DNA of 63,716 nucleotides, filler included. It is 8 parts of 8 records of this genome, joined end to end, with 100 filler letters (N's around TTAATTAATTAA, not from the genome) between each part and the next. Parts side by side here need not be neighbours in the genome. Positions count along the whole stretch, not along the records: positions 18,576 to 28,402 come from SRR31147125_37056; positions 28,503 to 34,109 come from SRR31147125_37131; 6 more parts are not named here. One strand, 5' to 3'. The position numbers were made by a program, and so were the translations under genes. The notes under the pieces are model-generated. The model did not search any database. It saw nothing but the letters and a program-made list of their open reading frames with translations, and was not told the DNA's origin. Of this stretch, positions 21,407-32,774 are shown one piece after another (within the stretch, counting starts at the first letter, position 1; each line of letters opens with the position of its first letter).

Positions 21407-22253
21407 ATGTTTTTAACTACAGATAATATCAGAAAAAAAGGCATTGTCTTTGAACCAGGCGACACTTTTTTCAGGGACAAGGAAAGAACCATCCCATTCC
21501 AGGACATTGAAACCTATTATGTTTCCTCTGTGGATCATTATACCAATTCGGCCTATCAGGGACATGAACTGGTCCTTGCCCTGGGCCTGAAACAGACACC
21601 GGGTTATTATATTGTTGAGGCCTGCACCAATGCCAAAGCGTCGTATAAGACGATTATCAAGCTCCGTGACGCCATTGGCCGATACATGGAGAAAAAGATA
21701 TTAAAAGCCCTTGAGTCGGGCCAAGATGTTCCCTTTGCCACCCGGTCAAAAAAACATCTTATCCTGGTGGGCCCAAACCGGATAAGAGTAAAATTCCTCA
21801 AGGGAAAAAAGGGCTGGTTTGAGGTTAAAAAGATCTTCAAAAGCCGGGACAATCAATTTCTTGAATTCAGGGGGAAAAACCAGGGCAAGGATACGCATTG
21901 ACCATATATCCAATGGAGAACGCTTCATCTCCCTGGCCGCCGAAAGGGTCCCGTTTCAGCTTAAGCCTGAATCCCGGGTGAAAAAATGGGCGGCCAGATC
22001 CGGTTTTGGACTGGGGATCGGGGCAGGCCTCAATTCATGGTTTAACTTCATTGACGGCGGGGTCTTTTTCAACGGGTGCTGTACCTTTGCCGGGATCTGG
22101 CTCGGCGTAACCATTTGCGTCACCCCGTTTCTTTTTCTGGTGGACAAATTGAACAGAAGAAAAATCCGCAGGATAGCCAGGGAGAGGGAATCGGCCCAGG
22201 ATAGGCGAGCCCCTTGCCTGAAATGGGTGTCCATCATCTTTGACTGCTCTTGA
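21407..22253 (+). CDS. Hypothetical membrane protein (frameshift at ~21875)
   Basis: ORFs 21407-21901 and 21819-22253 join at a GGGGG/AAAAA run; two hydrophobic segments near the C-terminus. Confidence 0.5.
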
Positions 22254-22414
22254 ATATGCTGCCCAAGATTTTCCACGGCCCGGCGGATATGGTGCTGGCA
22301 GGTTTTAAACGCTGTGTAAAAATCTTTGAACGCCCCGGATTCAAGATAGCGCAGGGTGGCGGCCATGATCTTTGGCTTGAGTTCTTTGTCCACAGAGGTG
22401 GAAAAATCAGATTC

Positions 22415-22977
22415 TTATTTTTTCTCAAAGATATTAAAGGATTGGCCTTTCAATATGTCGTGGGAACTCAAATGGAGGTATCCCCCTTTTTTAAGGCGTT
22501 TTTTATATCGGTTTCATCGGCGCAATGGCCGAAAAGGGTGATAAAGGTGAAACCGGAAGATTTTTTATAATCGATGATCACAAGCCGCCCCCGGGGCTTG
22601 AGTTGAGCCCGCAATCGATTGAAATACCGCTCCGGTTCAGGAATATGGTGGAATGAGTTCCGGCTGAAGAAAAGGTCAACGCAGGCCGGAGCCAAGGGGA
22701 TTTCATCTTCTTTGCTCCAGACCGTTTCAATATTGCTTAATCCTTTGCCATGGGCAAAATCTCTGATGTATGCCAAATTTTCCCTGGATTTATCTATGGC
22801 AAAGACTTTACCGGCCGGCCCGACGGCCTGGGCGAATTTCAGGGTAAAAAGCCCGCCCCCGGAACCGATATCACCGATAATTTTACCGGTCAGGTCACCG
22901 AGCACATTGAAAATCAAATCAGGATTACTCTTTTCAGCTTTTCTGTTCAGCATCCTTGGCATCAGGGTTTTTAACAT
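22415..22977 (-). CDS. Class I SAM-dependent methyltransferase (frameshift at ~22485)
   Basis: IGDIGSGGG motif I, VFAID, LKPRGRLVIID; corrected end GYLHLSSHDILKGQSFNIFEKK*. Confidence 0.8.
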
Positions 22978-23256
22978 TGTTCCTCCATTCCATGTATACC
23001 GGTTCAATTTATGGACCGGAAAAAAACCAAACAATAATCGGGACCGATATTGTCATGGTCCGGTCCACCCTGCATTCTATTATGGTTTATCAATACGAGA
23101 ACTTACAGGCAAGGCTATATTTTCCAGGTTCAAAACCTGCCTGTCCAAGGCGCTCAGACCCCGCCGCCTTACAACCTTAAACAATACCCAACCGTCCTGA
23201 AATCTGATAAGAAGACTTGAAATCTGAACCTGCAGCTAAAACGGAGTATTTAAAAT

Positions 23257-23586
23257 ATGGACCAGGACCTGGCCGGGGAAGTTGAACTGCTGGAAAGCAA
23301 CGGCGCGATTATCTCTGCGTTTTTATATTATTTTTCATGGTTTTCCCTCCAATCCCTCGTGGATATGAAAATGGGAGTTCCGTCCGCCCTTGCCAGCGGT
23401 ACTGCCATGGGCATATGCATGACCGTCACCCTGGGGGGCGTCTTTGCCAAAGGACGCTGGCACGGCATCGTCCTGAGGGTGATATTCGGGGCCTGCTCCA
23501 TGGGAATCGGCCCCCTTGCCGAATATATGCTTAAAAAAGCCATTGCCAGGGGGATAATATTATCAGCAGATGGAACCATATTGTAA
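23257..23586 (+). CDS. Small hypothetical membrane protein
   Basis: GGAG RBS; hydrophobic segments; may continue to ~23693 through a frameshift at GGGGG. Confidence 0.45.
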   Translation: MDQDLAGEVELLESNGAIISAFLYYFSWFSLQSLVDMKMGVPSALASGTAMGICMTVTLGGVFAKGRWHGIVLRVIFGACSMGIGPLAEYMLKKAIARGIILSADGTIL

Positions 23587-23743
23587 CGGTCAATTACCTG
23601 GATTTTATCATCCATAATTCTTTTTCCGGCATCATCGTCATTGCCACATGGATACTGACGGCCATGTTTATCTCAACCCTGACCGGATATTAAGCCATAT
23701 TACGGGCCGCCCTTTTTCAGGGCCAAAGCCCCCAATAAAATCC

Positions 23744-23814
23744 TTGACATTTCAAAAATATCCACATATCTCTTAACTTGTCAGACAAGTAGACATCTTA
23801 AGAGTAGATGTCTA
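23744..23814 (+). promoter_or_regulatory. Promoter with FadR/GntR-type operator
   Basis: TTGACA at 23744; perfect palindrome ACTTGTC-A-GACAAGT (23776-23790) fits the TNGT-N3-ACNA consensus; a second inverted repeat TAGACATCT-n7-AGATGTCTA follows. Confidence 0.7.
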
Positions 23815-23851
23815 AACAGATAACACCCTAAGCCCATATGGAGCCTTTGCA

Positions 23852-24565
23852 ATGAAACCCATTAAAAAAGTGCGGCTGTCCGAAAGTGTCATCAAGGCCA
23901 TCAAAGAGATGATTGCCGAAGAAGGCTTCAAATCCGGGGATAAATTCTACTCGGAAAATGAATTGACCAAAATTCTGGAGGTCTCCAGGGCATCGGTTCG
24001 TGAAGCCATCCGGATCCTGGAGGTCACCGGCCAGGTCACGGTAAAGCAGGGCAAGGGGGTCTTTATCACCGACGCCGCCACTGAAAAATTCCAGCCCTTT
24101 GTCAAATGGTTGAAAACCAATGAGCAGGCCATTGCAGACAATTTTAAGGTCCGGCTGATCATTGAGCCCCAGACCGCCGCCTGTGCCGCCGAAAAAACCG
24201 GGGAAGACGACATTGCCAAAATGGCTGATGCCTGCGCCCGGTTTGAGGAGCATGCCCAAAGCAACAATACCGCAGATGTCATCAAATGCGACCGTGAATT
24301 CCACAGACTCCTGGCAAAGGCCACCCAGAACTCCACCCTCCATGTCCTGATGAAGGCCATGACCACATCCCTTCCCAACGGCTGGATATCCAGTCTGTAC
24401 ACGCCGGGCCGGATGGAAAAGACCATCCATGAGCACCGGGCCATTTTAAAGGCCATTGAAAACCGGGATAAAGAAGGGGCTCAAGCGGCCATGAAAGCCC
24501 ATCTGGATAATGCACTCCACGATATCCGCCAGCACATGAACACAGAACTTACATCTAAAAAATAA
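23852..24565 (+). CDS. FadR/GntR-family transcriptional regulator
   Basis: SENEL...VSRASVREA wHTH, QGKGVF, FCD domain (DREFH, EHRAILKAI). Confidence 0.92.
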   Translation: MKPIKKVRLSESVIKAIKEMIAEEGFKSGDKFYSENELTKILEVSRASVREAIRILEVTGQVTVKQGKGVFITDAATEKFQPFVKWLKTNEQAIADNFKVRLIIEPQTAACAAEKTGEDDIAKMADACARFEEHAQSNNTADVIKCDREFHRLLAKATQNSTLHVLMKAMTTSLPNGWISSLYTPGRMEKTIHEHRAILKAIENRDKEGAQAAMKAHLDNALHDIRQHMNTELTSKK

Positions 24566-24582
24566 TCCATCTGGAGAATACT

Positions 24583-25413
24583 ATGTCCCTGAACATCACC
24601 ACACTGGTCGAAAACCATCCGGGTGAACACAAGGCCCTGATTCACGAACACGGGTTAAGTTTTCATATCAACACCGGTACCCATAAAATTCTATTTGATA
24701 CCGGCCAGTCCGACGCCCTGATCCGGAATGCCCGGCAATTGGGAGTCGACCTGACAGATCTTGATTATGTGGTGATCAGCCACGGCCACTACGACCATTC
24801 AGGCGGATTTACCGCCCTGGCCGGTATATCCAACGGATTCAAGCTGGTGACAGGCCAAGGTTTTTTTGATCATAAATACGCCCTGGCCGACCACAGTCAC
24901 CAATTTCTGGGCAATAATTTCGGCCCTGAATTTATCCGGGAAAAGGGAATCGGCCATTGTACCCCAGACCAGGACATTCTTGAAATCTGCCCCGGTGCAT
25001 ATATTCTTACCGGATTCCCCAGAGATCACAGGGATGAAAAAATCAATCCCAGGTTTAAACTCTTAAAAGGGGACGCATTCATTGACGACCCCTTTGAAGA
25101 TGAAATCATGCTGGCCCTGGATACGCCAAAGGGTATCGTTGCCGTGCTGGGCTGTTCCCACCCGGGGCTGAAAAACATGCTCAGCGCCGTCCAGGCGCGT
25201 TTGAAACGGCCTTTGTATGCTGTCATCGGCGGCACCCATCTTGTGGAGGCCGATGCAAAAAGCCTGGAACTTTCCATGGATTTTCTTGAAGAAAACCAGG
25301 TAAACATCGTCGGGGTTTCCCATTGTACAGGGGACATCGCCATGGACGCCCTGGCCCGCCGCACCAAGGCCTTTACCCAGATCCGGACAGGAAGCTCCCT
25401 GTTTGTTGAATAA
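24583..25413 (+). CDS. MBL-fold metallo-hydrolase
   Basis: EHGLSF, LFDTGQ, SHGHYDHSGG, GCSHPG, GGTHL, SHCTG. Confidence 0.88.
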   Translation: MSLNITTLVENHPGEHKALIHEHGLSFHINTGTHKILFDTGQSDALIRNARQLGVDLTDLDYVVISHGHYDHSGGFTALAGISNGFKLVTGQGFFDHKYALADHSHQFLGNNFGPEFIREKGIGHCTPDQDILEICPGAYILTGFPRDHRDEKINPRFKLLKGDAFIDDPFEDEIMLALDTPKGIVAVLGCSHPGLKNMLSAVQARLKRPLYAVIGGTHLVEADAKSLELSMDFLEENQVNIVGVSHCTGDIAMDALARRTKAFTQIRTGSSLFVE

Positions 25414-25480
25414 TTGTTGTTTTCATTAAATTGCCGGAGGTCTTCCGGCAAAAATCAATCCACCAAAGGAGAATGTAAAA

Positions 25481-26528
25481 ATGCGTATTTTCAACAAGAA
25501 GTTTGGTATTCTAACGGTACTGGCCATGGCTGCGGTCATGCTGGTCCTGCAGCCCGGCCCAAGTTTTGCCGGTAAAAAAATCATCTGGAAATCCTCCGGG
25601 CACGGTCCTGCGTCAGACCCCTCACAGATTTTCCATGACAAACTCTGCCACGCCATTACAGAAGCCACCGGCGGCAGACTCACGGTGAAACCCTTTGTGG
25701 GCGGATCCATTGTGCCCGCGTATAAAGAACTTGACGCGGTTGACCAGGGCGTCCTTGACATGGCCTATACCTGCCCCATGTATAATCTGGACAAATGGCC
25801 TGCAGCCGGCCTGATCTCCTCCCGTCCCGGCGGCCTTCCCGGAGAGGCGCTCCGGACCTGGTTCAATTACGGCGGCGGAGCCGACCTGCTCAATAAAATG
25901 ATGAAAGGCTACAATGTCACGACCTTTCCCGGTGCGCTGTCCCCCCTGCCCGAAGAGGTTTTCTTCCATTCAAAGGTAAAACTCAATTCCCTGGCAGACC
26001 TCAAAGGCTTAAAGGCCCGGTGCATGGGTGACGGCGGAGAAATCCTTAAAAGAATGGGTGCGGCAACCGTAATCATCCCCGGCGGCCAGCTTTATGAAGC
26101 CATGCAGCGGGGCACCATTGACGCCTTTGAATATTCCACCCTGGCATCAAACTGGAACATGCATTTTAATGAGGTGGCCCCCTATGTATACCTTTCCCCA
26201 CAAGGGCACCCAGTGATCCCCAGGTATTTTTCGTCAATAAAAAATCCTTTGAAAACTCCCTGCAGACCTGCAGGCCATTGTCAAAGCCCTTATTGATAAA
26301 TATACCCAGGCCCAGCACGAATTTCTGGTGGCCGAGTCGGTAAAGGCCGTGGAAAAATTCAAGGCCGCAGGTAACCAAGTATTCAAGGTGCCCCAGGATA
26401 TTAACGAGGCCCTGCTTGCCGAAGCTGAAAAATTCTACGAGGAAAAATCAAAATCTGAAGATCCCATCTTCGGCGAGATTTACCACTCCATGAAAGATTT
26501 CGGCAAAGCTTACTCTGCCTTGAAATAA
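25481..26528 (+). CDS. dctP: TRAP transporter substrate-binding protein DctP (frameshift at ~26200)
   Basis: Signal peptide; TGGRLTVKPF, DLKGLKAR, LYEAMQRGTIDA; continues into ORF 26328-26528. Confidence 0.85.
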
Positions 26529-26548
26529 AGGATCATAAGGAGAAAAGC

Positions 26549-27066
26549 ATGACCATTTTAAAACGAATACTCCATTCCATCGATTGGCTCAGTGAGACAT
26601 CAGGTTCCATAGGCAAATGGTTTGCTTTTCTCCTGGTCCTGATCGGCTCTTTTGAAGCCATTGCACGACATTTTTTCAACGCCCCCACCATCTGGGCCTA
26701 TGACTCGCTTTGCATGGCAGGCGGTGTGGTCTATATGCTGGGGGCCTCCTATGACCACCGCCACAATGCCCATACCCGGGTGGACCTGATTTACAGCGCC
26801 CTTTCCAAAAGGAAACAGGCATTGATTGATGTGGTCTGCGCCCTGATTTTATTTTTCCCCCTCATGACCGTCATGTTTAAACTTGCGGTGGACTGGGCCG
26901 TAAAAGCCTGGAAAATCAACGAAGTCATGTTCAACAGCTTCTGGTACCCCCGGCTGCCCCGTATCGGACGGTTTTCGCCCTTGGACTCTTTTTGCTGATC
27001 CTCCAGGGAATCGCAAAATTCATCCGTGATTTATACTTTCTAATAAGAGGTGAAGAAATTGCTTGA
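26549..27066 (+). CDS. dctQ: TRAP transporter small permease DctQ (frameshift at ~26950)
   Basis: RHFFNAPTIWAYD and HTRVDLIY; corrected end ...LILQGIAKFIRDLYFLIRGEEIA*. Confidence 0.85.
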
Positions 27067-28402
27067 ACTCAGCCCTGAAATTGTTGCTTTTCTCATGTTG
27101 GGAGGGGTATTCGGACTGGTTCTCACCGGTTTTCCCATTGCCTTTGTCATCGGGAGCGTTGCCTTTATCGTGGGCATCCTGATTTTCGGGCCCACCACCA
27201 CCTTTCACATCATGTACTCCAGGTTCTATGACCTCTCATTGAATTATCCCTACCTGGCCGTGCCCCTGTTTACCTTTATGGGGGTGGTGCTCCAGCACTC
27301 AGGGATCACCAAGGACCTCTATGAAAGCCTCTACGAAGCCCTGGGACGGGTCAAGGGCGGACTTGCCATTGTCACCATTATATTCGGGACCATCCTGGCG
27401 GCCTGCCTGGGGGTGATTGCAGCCTCGGTCACCATTTTGACCCTGATCGCCCTGGAGCCCATGGTTAAGCGGGGATATGACAGGCCCCTGGCCGCAGGCT
27501 CCATTGTGGCTGCAGGGACCCTGGGGATCCTGATCCCGCCTTCGATAATGCTGGTGGTTTACGCGCCCCAGGCCGGGATCTCCATCGGCCAGATGTTCAT
27601 GGGCGCCGTCTTCCCCGGCGTCATCCTTTCGGTGCTCTATGTCACCTATGTATTTGTCCGGTGCCGGCTCAATCCGGAACTGGGCCCCTCCCTGCCGGCG
27701 GACCAGATCACCCCCTTTAACTATGCAAAATTCATGAAACTGGTCAAATCCCTGGTCCCCCCGGTGGCCCTGATCCTGGCTGTCCTGGGTACCATATTCA
27801 GCGGGATCGCACCGCCCACCGAGGCCGCGGCCGTGGGATGCCTGGCCGCCATCGGCCTGGCCGTTGTCTACGGCAAGTTCAGCTGGAATCTCATCTCCCA
27901 TGCCTCCCTGGAAACCCTTCGGGTCAGTGCCTTTGTGGTCATGATTGCAGCGCTCTGCTACGCCTTTGTGGGGGTATTCATGAGTGCCGGCTCAGGTGAT
28001 GTGGTCTCCGAGCTCATCATGGCCGTCCCAGGCGGCAAATGGGCCTCTTTCGCCATGATCATGGCCATTGTGTTTCTGCTGGGCCTCTTTATCGAGTGGA
28101 TCGGCATTGTCTTTATCATTGTGCCCATCTTCTCCCCCATTCTGGTTAAGCTGGGGTTCAACCCCCTCTGGGCCGGGATGATGATATGCATCAACCTGCA
28201 GATGGCCTTTCAGACGCCGCCCATGGCCATGTCCATCTTTGTGCTCAAGGGAACGGCGCCGCCGGAACTGGGGCTGACCATGTCAGATATCATCAAAGGG
28301 GTCATCCCCTTTGTACTCATCATCATGCTGACCTTAACCCTGTGCACCATCTTTCCCGAGATCATCACCTGGCTCCCGGAAAAGATGATCGGCCCCTCCC
28401 AC
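27050..28402 (+). CDS. dctM: TRAP transporter large permease DctM (runs to contig end)
   Basis: GFPIAF, LAVPLF, GTLGILIPPS, PTEAAAVG, TPP. Confidence 0.92.
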
Positions 28403-28502
28403 NNNNNNNNNNNNNNNNNNNNNNNNNNNNNNNNNNNNNNNNNNNNTTAATTAATTAANNNNNNNNNNNNNNNNNNNNNNNNNNNNNNNNNNNNNNNNNN
28501 NN
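28403..28502. other. Artificial contig spacer
   Basis: N-run + TTAATTAATTAA + N-run. Confidence 0.97.
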
Positions 28503-29121
28503 TGTTAAGTATTGGAACCAAACTGTCCACTCCACCAACAGATGTCTGTGCACCTTGGTTGACTGTGGAAATATTTCTTTCTAAAATTCTTTCAACTTCT
28601 TTTATATATTCTGGTGCAGCAACAGTCATATTGGCAATACCCGATATGACCGAAGTTTGCTTTTCGATAGGTAAGGACGACAAAACTTGTGCCGATTGTT
28701 TTGGGTCTAAATACGAAAGTACCAAAGCTATTGTTTGCGAGTGTTCGTTTTGAATAAAACTGTAAACTTGCGTGCTATCAACTTTGTTTATAAAATCAAA
28801 TGGTTTAACCCTTAACGAAGATGTCAATTTTCGTATAAGATTTTGAGCCTTTTCATCTCCAAATGCATGGTGCAAGATATCACTAGCATATGAAATACCG
28901 CCCTCTGAAATAAACTTTTGCGCTACACATATATCTAAAAATTCTGATAATACTTCTTCTTTAACCTCTGATTCAACATGCTGAACAGATGTTATTGCAA
29001 GCGTAAGCTGCTCAATCTCCTCTTCTGTTAAATACTTATATATTTGTGCTGCGTTTTCTTTACCGAGCATTATTAACAGAATTGCAGCCTTCTCTTTGGG
29101 TGTAATATCTCTATCTATCAT
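28503..29121 (-). CDS. fliG: Flagellar motor switch protein FliG (3' truncated)
   Basis: EKAAILL, GGISYA, PFDF, NEHSQTIALVLSYL. Confidence 0.93.
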
Positions 29122-30704
29122 AGCCCTTCATCCTCATATAACCATTTTCTTAACAACTGTGCAACATCCTCTGGACTGTTTTGAACATAGTCAGATATCT
29201 GGTCAAGTTTTCTGTTCTTCTTTCCAAATTCAATGTTAGGATCCGTTTCGTCACCCACCGCAACATCAATTACCTGTCCTTCTTCAGATGCCGGCTCTGG
29301 ATAGTAATCGTCATATTCGTCTTCATAGTATTCATATTGATCATTTGGAAACAAAGTTCGTACAATTGCAAATAAGAATATTAAAACAGCAATTACTATT
29401 ACTGCAATTAAAAAATATCTAGCATTTTGCGAACGCTTTAAATCTTCCATCGCTTGATTTTGTTGTTCCAAAACTGGATCCATACCGCTACTTGCAATGT
29501 TAGCAAACGGAAAGCGTTCGACAGTTATGTGTTCTTCACTAACACCAATACCTGTGGCAACTAACTTCTCAACCTTCTCCGCATCTTTCGTATCAACATA
29601 CTTACTATCTAAAAGAACTGAGATAGACAAATCCTTTATTGTTCCTTTTGCCTTTTCAATCCTAGTTATTGTTTCATTAACTTCCATGTTCATCTCTTTG
29701 GAGACTGTGCTGTAAAGTGAATCTTCATCTTCGTCGTCAACAGCAGGGTATTCAGGTGCAGCTCCATTAGGGTCAGCTCCAGCAACACCGCCCTCTTCTT
29801 CATTTTCACTAATGCTCTCACTCAATTCTCTAAGGCTAACAATGATACCTTGATTTCCCTCTACAGGTGGAGTAAATACAACTTCTTCTATTGTTTCACT
29901 ATCAAAATCCAAAACTACATTAACTTGTGCTATTACGCGGTCTTCTCCAAAAGCAGGTGTTAAAAACTTAACAATTTCATTCTGTAATTTTAATTCAACT
30001 TCTTCTTCCAATTCGAATTGTGTACCTATATTCCCCGATGTATCATCGTCATTAGCTTTATAAAGTTGCATTTGAGAATCAACAATTCTTATTTCCTCAA
30101 TATCTAAACCAGATACTGATTTACTTACATATTCATATATCGCATTAATCTCTGTAGACTTAAGAGACTGACCTCTATCAAGCTCTAGCATTACTGTTGC
30201 AGATGCTGGCTTATTATCGTCAGATATTACAAAAGGACTTTCTTCAGGCAGATTGATTATAACTGCCGCATCCTTTATCTTGTCCATCTTAACTATTGTT
30301 TTTCGTAAATTCTCTTGAAGTTGAAACTGCAAATACACCTGTTTTTCCATATCAGTTGTACCTAAACCAGATGCATTGCCAAAAATTGAGAAATCCAAGT
30401 TTGAGCTTGGATAACCTTGCGAAGCTAGTTGCATTCTTACTGAGTCTACTCTCGATGATTCTACCATAATAGTGTTATCATCACGAGTACGATATTCTAC
30501 ACCCATATCTTCAAGTGCGTTCACAATATCTCCAGCATCAGAGTGACTAAGGTCACTATATAGTACTGAATAATGTTTTTGGCTTAAAAAAACAGAAGCA
30601 ACCACAACAATTACTATCATTATTGATGACAGTATAATAAGCCGCGTACGCTTGCTTTTTTCCATATCCTTAAAATAATTAAGAATTTTTTTTACAAATT
30701 CCAT
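29118..30704 (-). CDS. fliF: Flagellar M-ring protein FliF
   Basis: Two TM segments; RMQLASQGYP, LQENLRKTI, PASATV, PEDVAQLLRKWL. Confidence 0.92.
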   Translation of the reverse strand: MEFVKKILNYFKDMEKSKRTRLIILSSIMIVIVVVASVFLSQKHYSVLYSDLSHSDAGDIVNALEDMGVEYRTRDDNTIMVESSRVDSVRMQLASQGYPSSNLDFSIFGNASGLGTTDMEKQVYLQFQLQENLRKTIVKMDKIKDAAVIINLPEESPFVISDDNKPASATVMLELDRGQSLKSTEINAIYEYVSKSVSGLDIEEIRIVDSQMQLYKANDDDTSGNIGTQFELEEEVELKLQNEIVKFLTPAFGEDRVIAQVNVVLDFDSETIEEVVFTPPVEGNQGIIVSLRELSESISENEEEGGVAGADPNGAAPEYPAVDDEDEDSLYSTVSKEMNMEVNETITRIEKAKGTIKDLSISVLLDSKYVDTKDAEKVEKLVATGIGVSEEHITVERFPFANIASSGMDPVLEQQNQAMEDLKRSQNARYFLIAVIVIAVLIFLFAIVRTLFPNDQYEYYEDEYDDYYPEPASEEGQVIDVAVGDETDPNIEFGKKNRKLDQISDYVQNSPEDVAQLLRKWLYEDEGL

Positions 30705-31038
30705 AATGATAACCCGATGTTGTAGTTAGTAAATAGCCTTATATTATAAATGAACAAATAGTGCATTATTTAGAATCACTCTTATTAAATACAACCCCAA
30801 TAAATAAGATATATAATGATCAAAAAAGAACATATAAGAACAGCTTTGGTCACTATACTATTATTTTTATTATATTACAAATAGTTATTTTTTTCAACAA
30901 ACATACGTACTTTTTTGATATTTCTCAATTTGTATAGTAACTATTTTTTTGACTATATATAACAAAAACAACATGTGCCAAACGTAAATACATGTCGTTT
31001 TATTATATTCGTTGCGTTGCATTTTCCTATTATACTTT

Positions 31039-31263
31039 TTATTTCTTGATTGATTTAAAATTATAAACACTTTCTGGTGTACTGCTTACCGCTAATTTGT
31101 TGATATCCACAGTTTCGTCAATAAGCTCCTGCCTGTAAATCCTCACATCTTCCGATGCCTTTATTCCAATCCTAACTCTATCACCACCAATATCAAGCAC
31201 TTCTATCTTGATATCATCACCAATAACAATGCCTTCACCCTTCTTCCTTGACAGAACTAGCAT
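31039..31263 (-). CDS. csrA: Carbon storage regulator CsrA
   Basis: MLVLSRKKGEGIVIGDDI...VRIGI...IYRQEL. Confidence 0.93.
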   Translation of the reverse strand: MLVLSRKKGEGIVIGDDIKIEVLDIGGDRVRIGIKASEDVRIYRQELIDETVDINKLAVSSTPESVYNFKSIKK

Positions 31264-31717
31264 CGTCTTCACCTCCCATCAAAGTTGCCATAACTTTGTC
31301 ATAGATTGGATATTTTATTGACATTTCTTCAGCGTCAATAATTACTTGTTTACCTTTTCCAATCCTTGTGTCTATTATGATAGGAGCAGCCATATTGGCA
31401 GTCATCTTTGTGATATCACCCGGAATAACGACAACGTTCATAACTAGCAAATCCTTTTGGTTAACAATACCTAAAGGCTCAAGCTCATTGTCTCTAATAT
31501 TAACACTATAATCATCAATAATCTCAAAAGGAATTATTGTTGGTATAGAAATGTATTTATTATCAATAGATTGCAACCAAAACACTGGTCGTGTCTCTTC
31601 AATACGAAGCACAACAAACTTTTTTAATTCTTCAAAACCAGGAAGACCATATGGAAATTCAACAATATTGCTACTATCTAAATCAAATTCACCAAATCTT
31701 TCACTTACTACTATCAT
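31235..31717 (-). CDS. fliW: Flagellar assembly factor FliW
   Basis: FPYGLPGFE, FWLQS, TANMAAPIII; adjacent to csrA. Confidence 0.92.
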   Translation of the reverse strand: MIVVSERFGEFDLDSSNIVEFPYGLPGFEELKKFVVLRIEETRPVFWLQSIDNKYISIPTIIPFEIIDDYSVNIRDNELEPLGIVNQKDLLVMNVVVIPGDITKMTANMAAPIIIDTRIGKGKQVIIDAEEMSIKYPIYDKVMATLMGGEDDASSVKEEG

Positions 31718-31797
31718 TTTTTCTCCTAATTTCTTTGCAATATTTGCGTTTTACGCACATTTAACTTGCAAGTATTAATTATATCCGAAAATGTAAA

Positions 31798-32733
31798 TTA
31801 CTTCAAGTAATCTACCAAAGAATTTTGAATTACTTTTGAAGAAATTTGCAAAGCAGCATTGTAAACTGCACTTGATTGACTAAATTTCATATAAGCTTCG
31901 GCATAATCAACATCCTGGACTTCTGATAGTGTTTCTGTGTTATTGAGCCAATCTCTCTCATAACGAGTGCGCATCAATTCCAATCTGTTTGTCATACCAC
32001 CAATTTCAGCTTCAACATTTAACAAATTTGATTGAGAATCTTGCAACTCAGCGATACACTCACTAATCTCCTCAGATGATGCGTCATTCATCAACTTTTC
32101 CTCTAATCTATCTAAAACATTGTATAAGTTATCGTCACCTACACCAAAAACATCAGTACCAAGAATCGCAGCTTTCATGGTTTTCCCTTCAGCTATTTCA
32201 TACTCTATAACATTATCAAGCTCACCACTAGCAGTAATAGCTGCTGTGTCTTGAAGCTCAATACCATTATATAATACATCCCCAGCACTATTAACTTCAA
32301 ACGGTTCATTTTTAGTATTGAAACCACCAAAAATATATTTTCCTGCAATAGTTGCATTACCAATCGTTATAGCTTGTTCTTTATATTGACCAATCAAAAC
32401 ACCAATAGCTTTTTTATCCTCAGCAGATAAAAAATCATTTGCAGCTTGCGTACTTTTGGTGATTGCTTCTTTCACTATCTCATTCAATTCAAGAACAGAT
32501 TCTTCAGCCTGCGCAATCATATCATCAGTTGCATCTACATTATCTTGGTATTGCTCAATCCTAAAGATTTGCATCTTAGAGCTCATAACAGAAATTGCAC
32601 CAACAGGATCTTCAGATAGCTTTGATATCTGTTTACCTGTAGCAACTTTTTCTTGATATTTTACAGTATCATTCAAATTATTATTAAGATTTCTCAAAAA
32701 ATTGTTTGAAATCATAGAATTAGATATTCTCAT
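31798..32733 (-). CDS. flgL: Hook-associated protein FlgL
   Basis: MRISNSM, ATGKQISKLSEDP, YIFGG, SLVDYLK. Confidence 0.92.
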   Translation of the reverse strand: MRISNSMISNNFLRNLNNNLNDTVKYQEKVATGKQISKLSEDPVGAISVMSSKMQIFRIEQYQDNVDATDDMIAQAEESVLELNEIVKEAITKSTQAANDFLSAEDKKAIGVLIGQYKEQAITIGNATIAGKYIFGGFNTKNEPFEVNSAGDVLYNGIELQDTAAITASGELDNVIEYEIAEGKTMKAAILGTDVFGVGDDNLYNVLDRLEEKLMNDASSEEISECIAELQDSQSNLLNVEAEIGGMTNRLELMRTRYERDWLNNTETLSEVQDVDYAEAYMKFSQSSAVYNAALQISSKVIQNSLVDYLK

Positions 32734-32774
32734 AATTATTATCTCCTAACAGTTCTAATTGTTAACTAAGCTCC

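Noticed and set aside
21956..22393. Minus-strand 145-aa ORF downstream of the methyltransferase
   Set aside because: It overlaps the more plausible plus-strand membrane gene by ~300 nt and has no recognisable motif.
23010..23068. GGACCG/CGGTCC repeats upstream of the methyltransferase as an operator
   Set aside because: Short and irregularly spaced, and no cognate regulator can be assigned.
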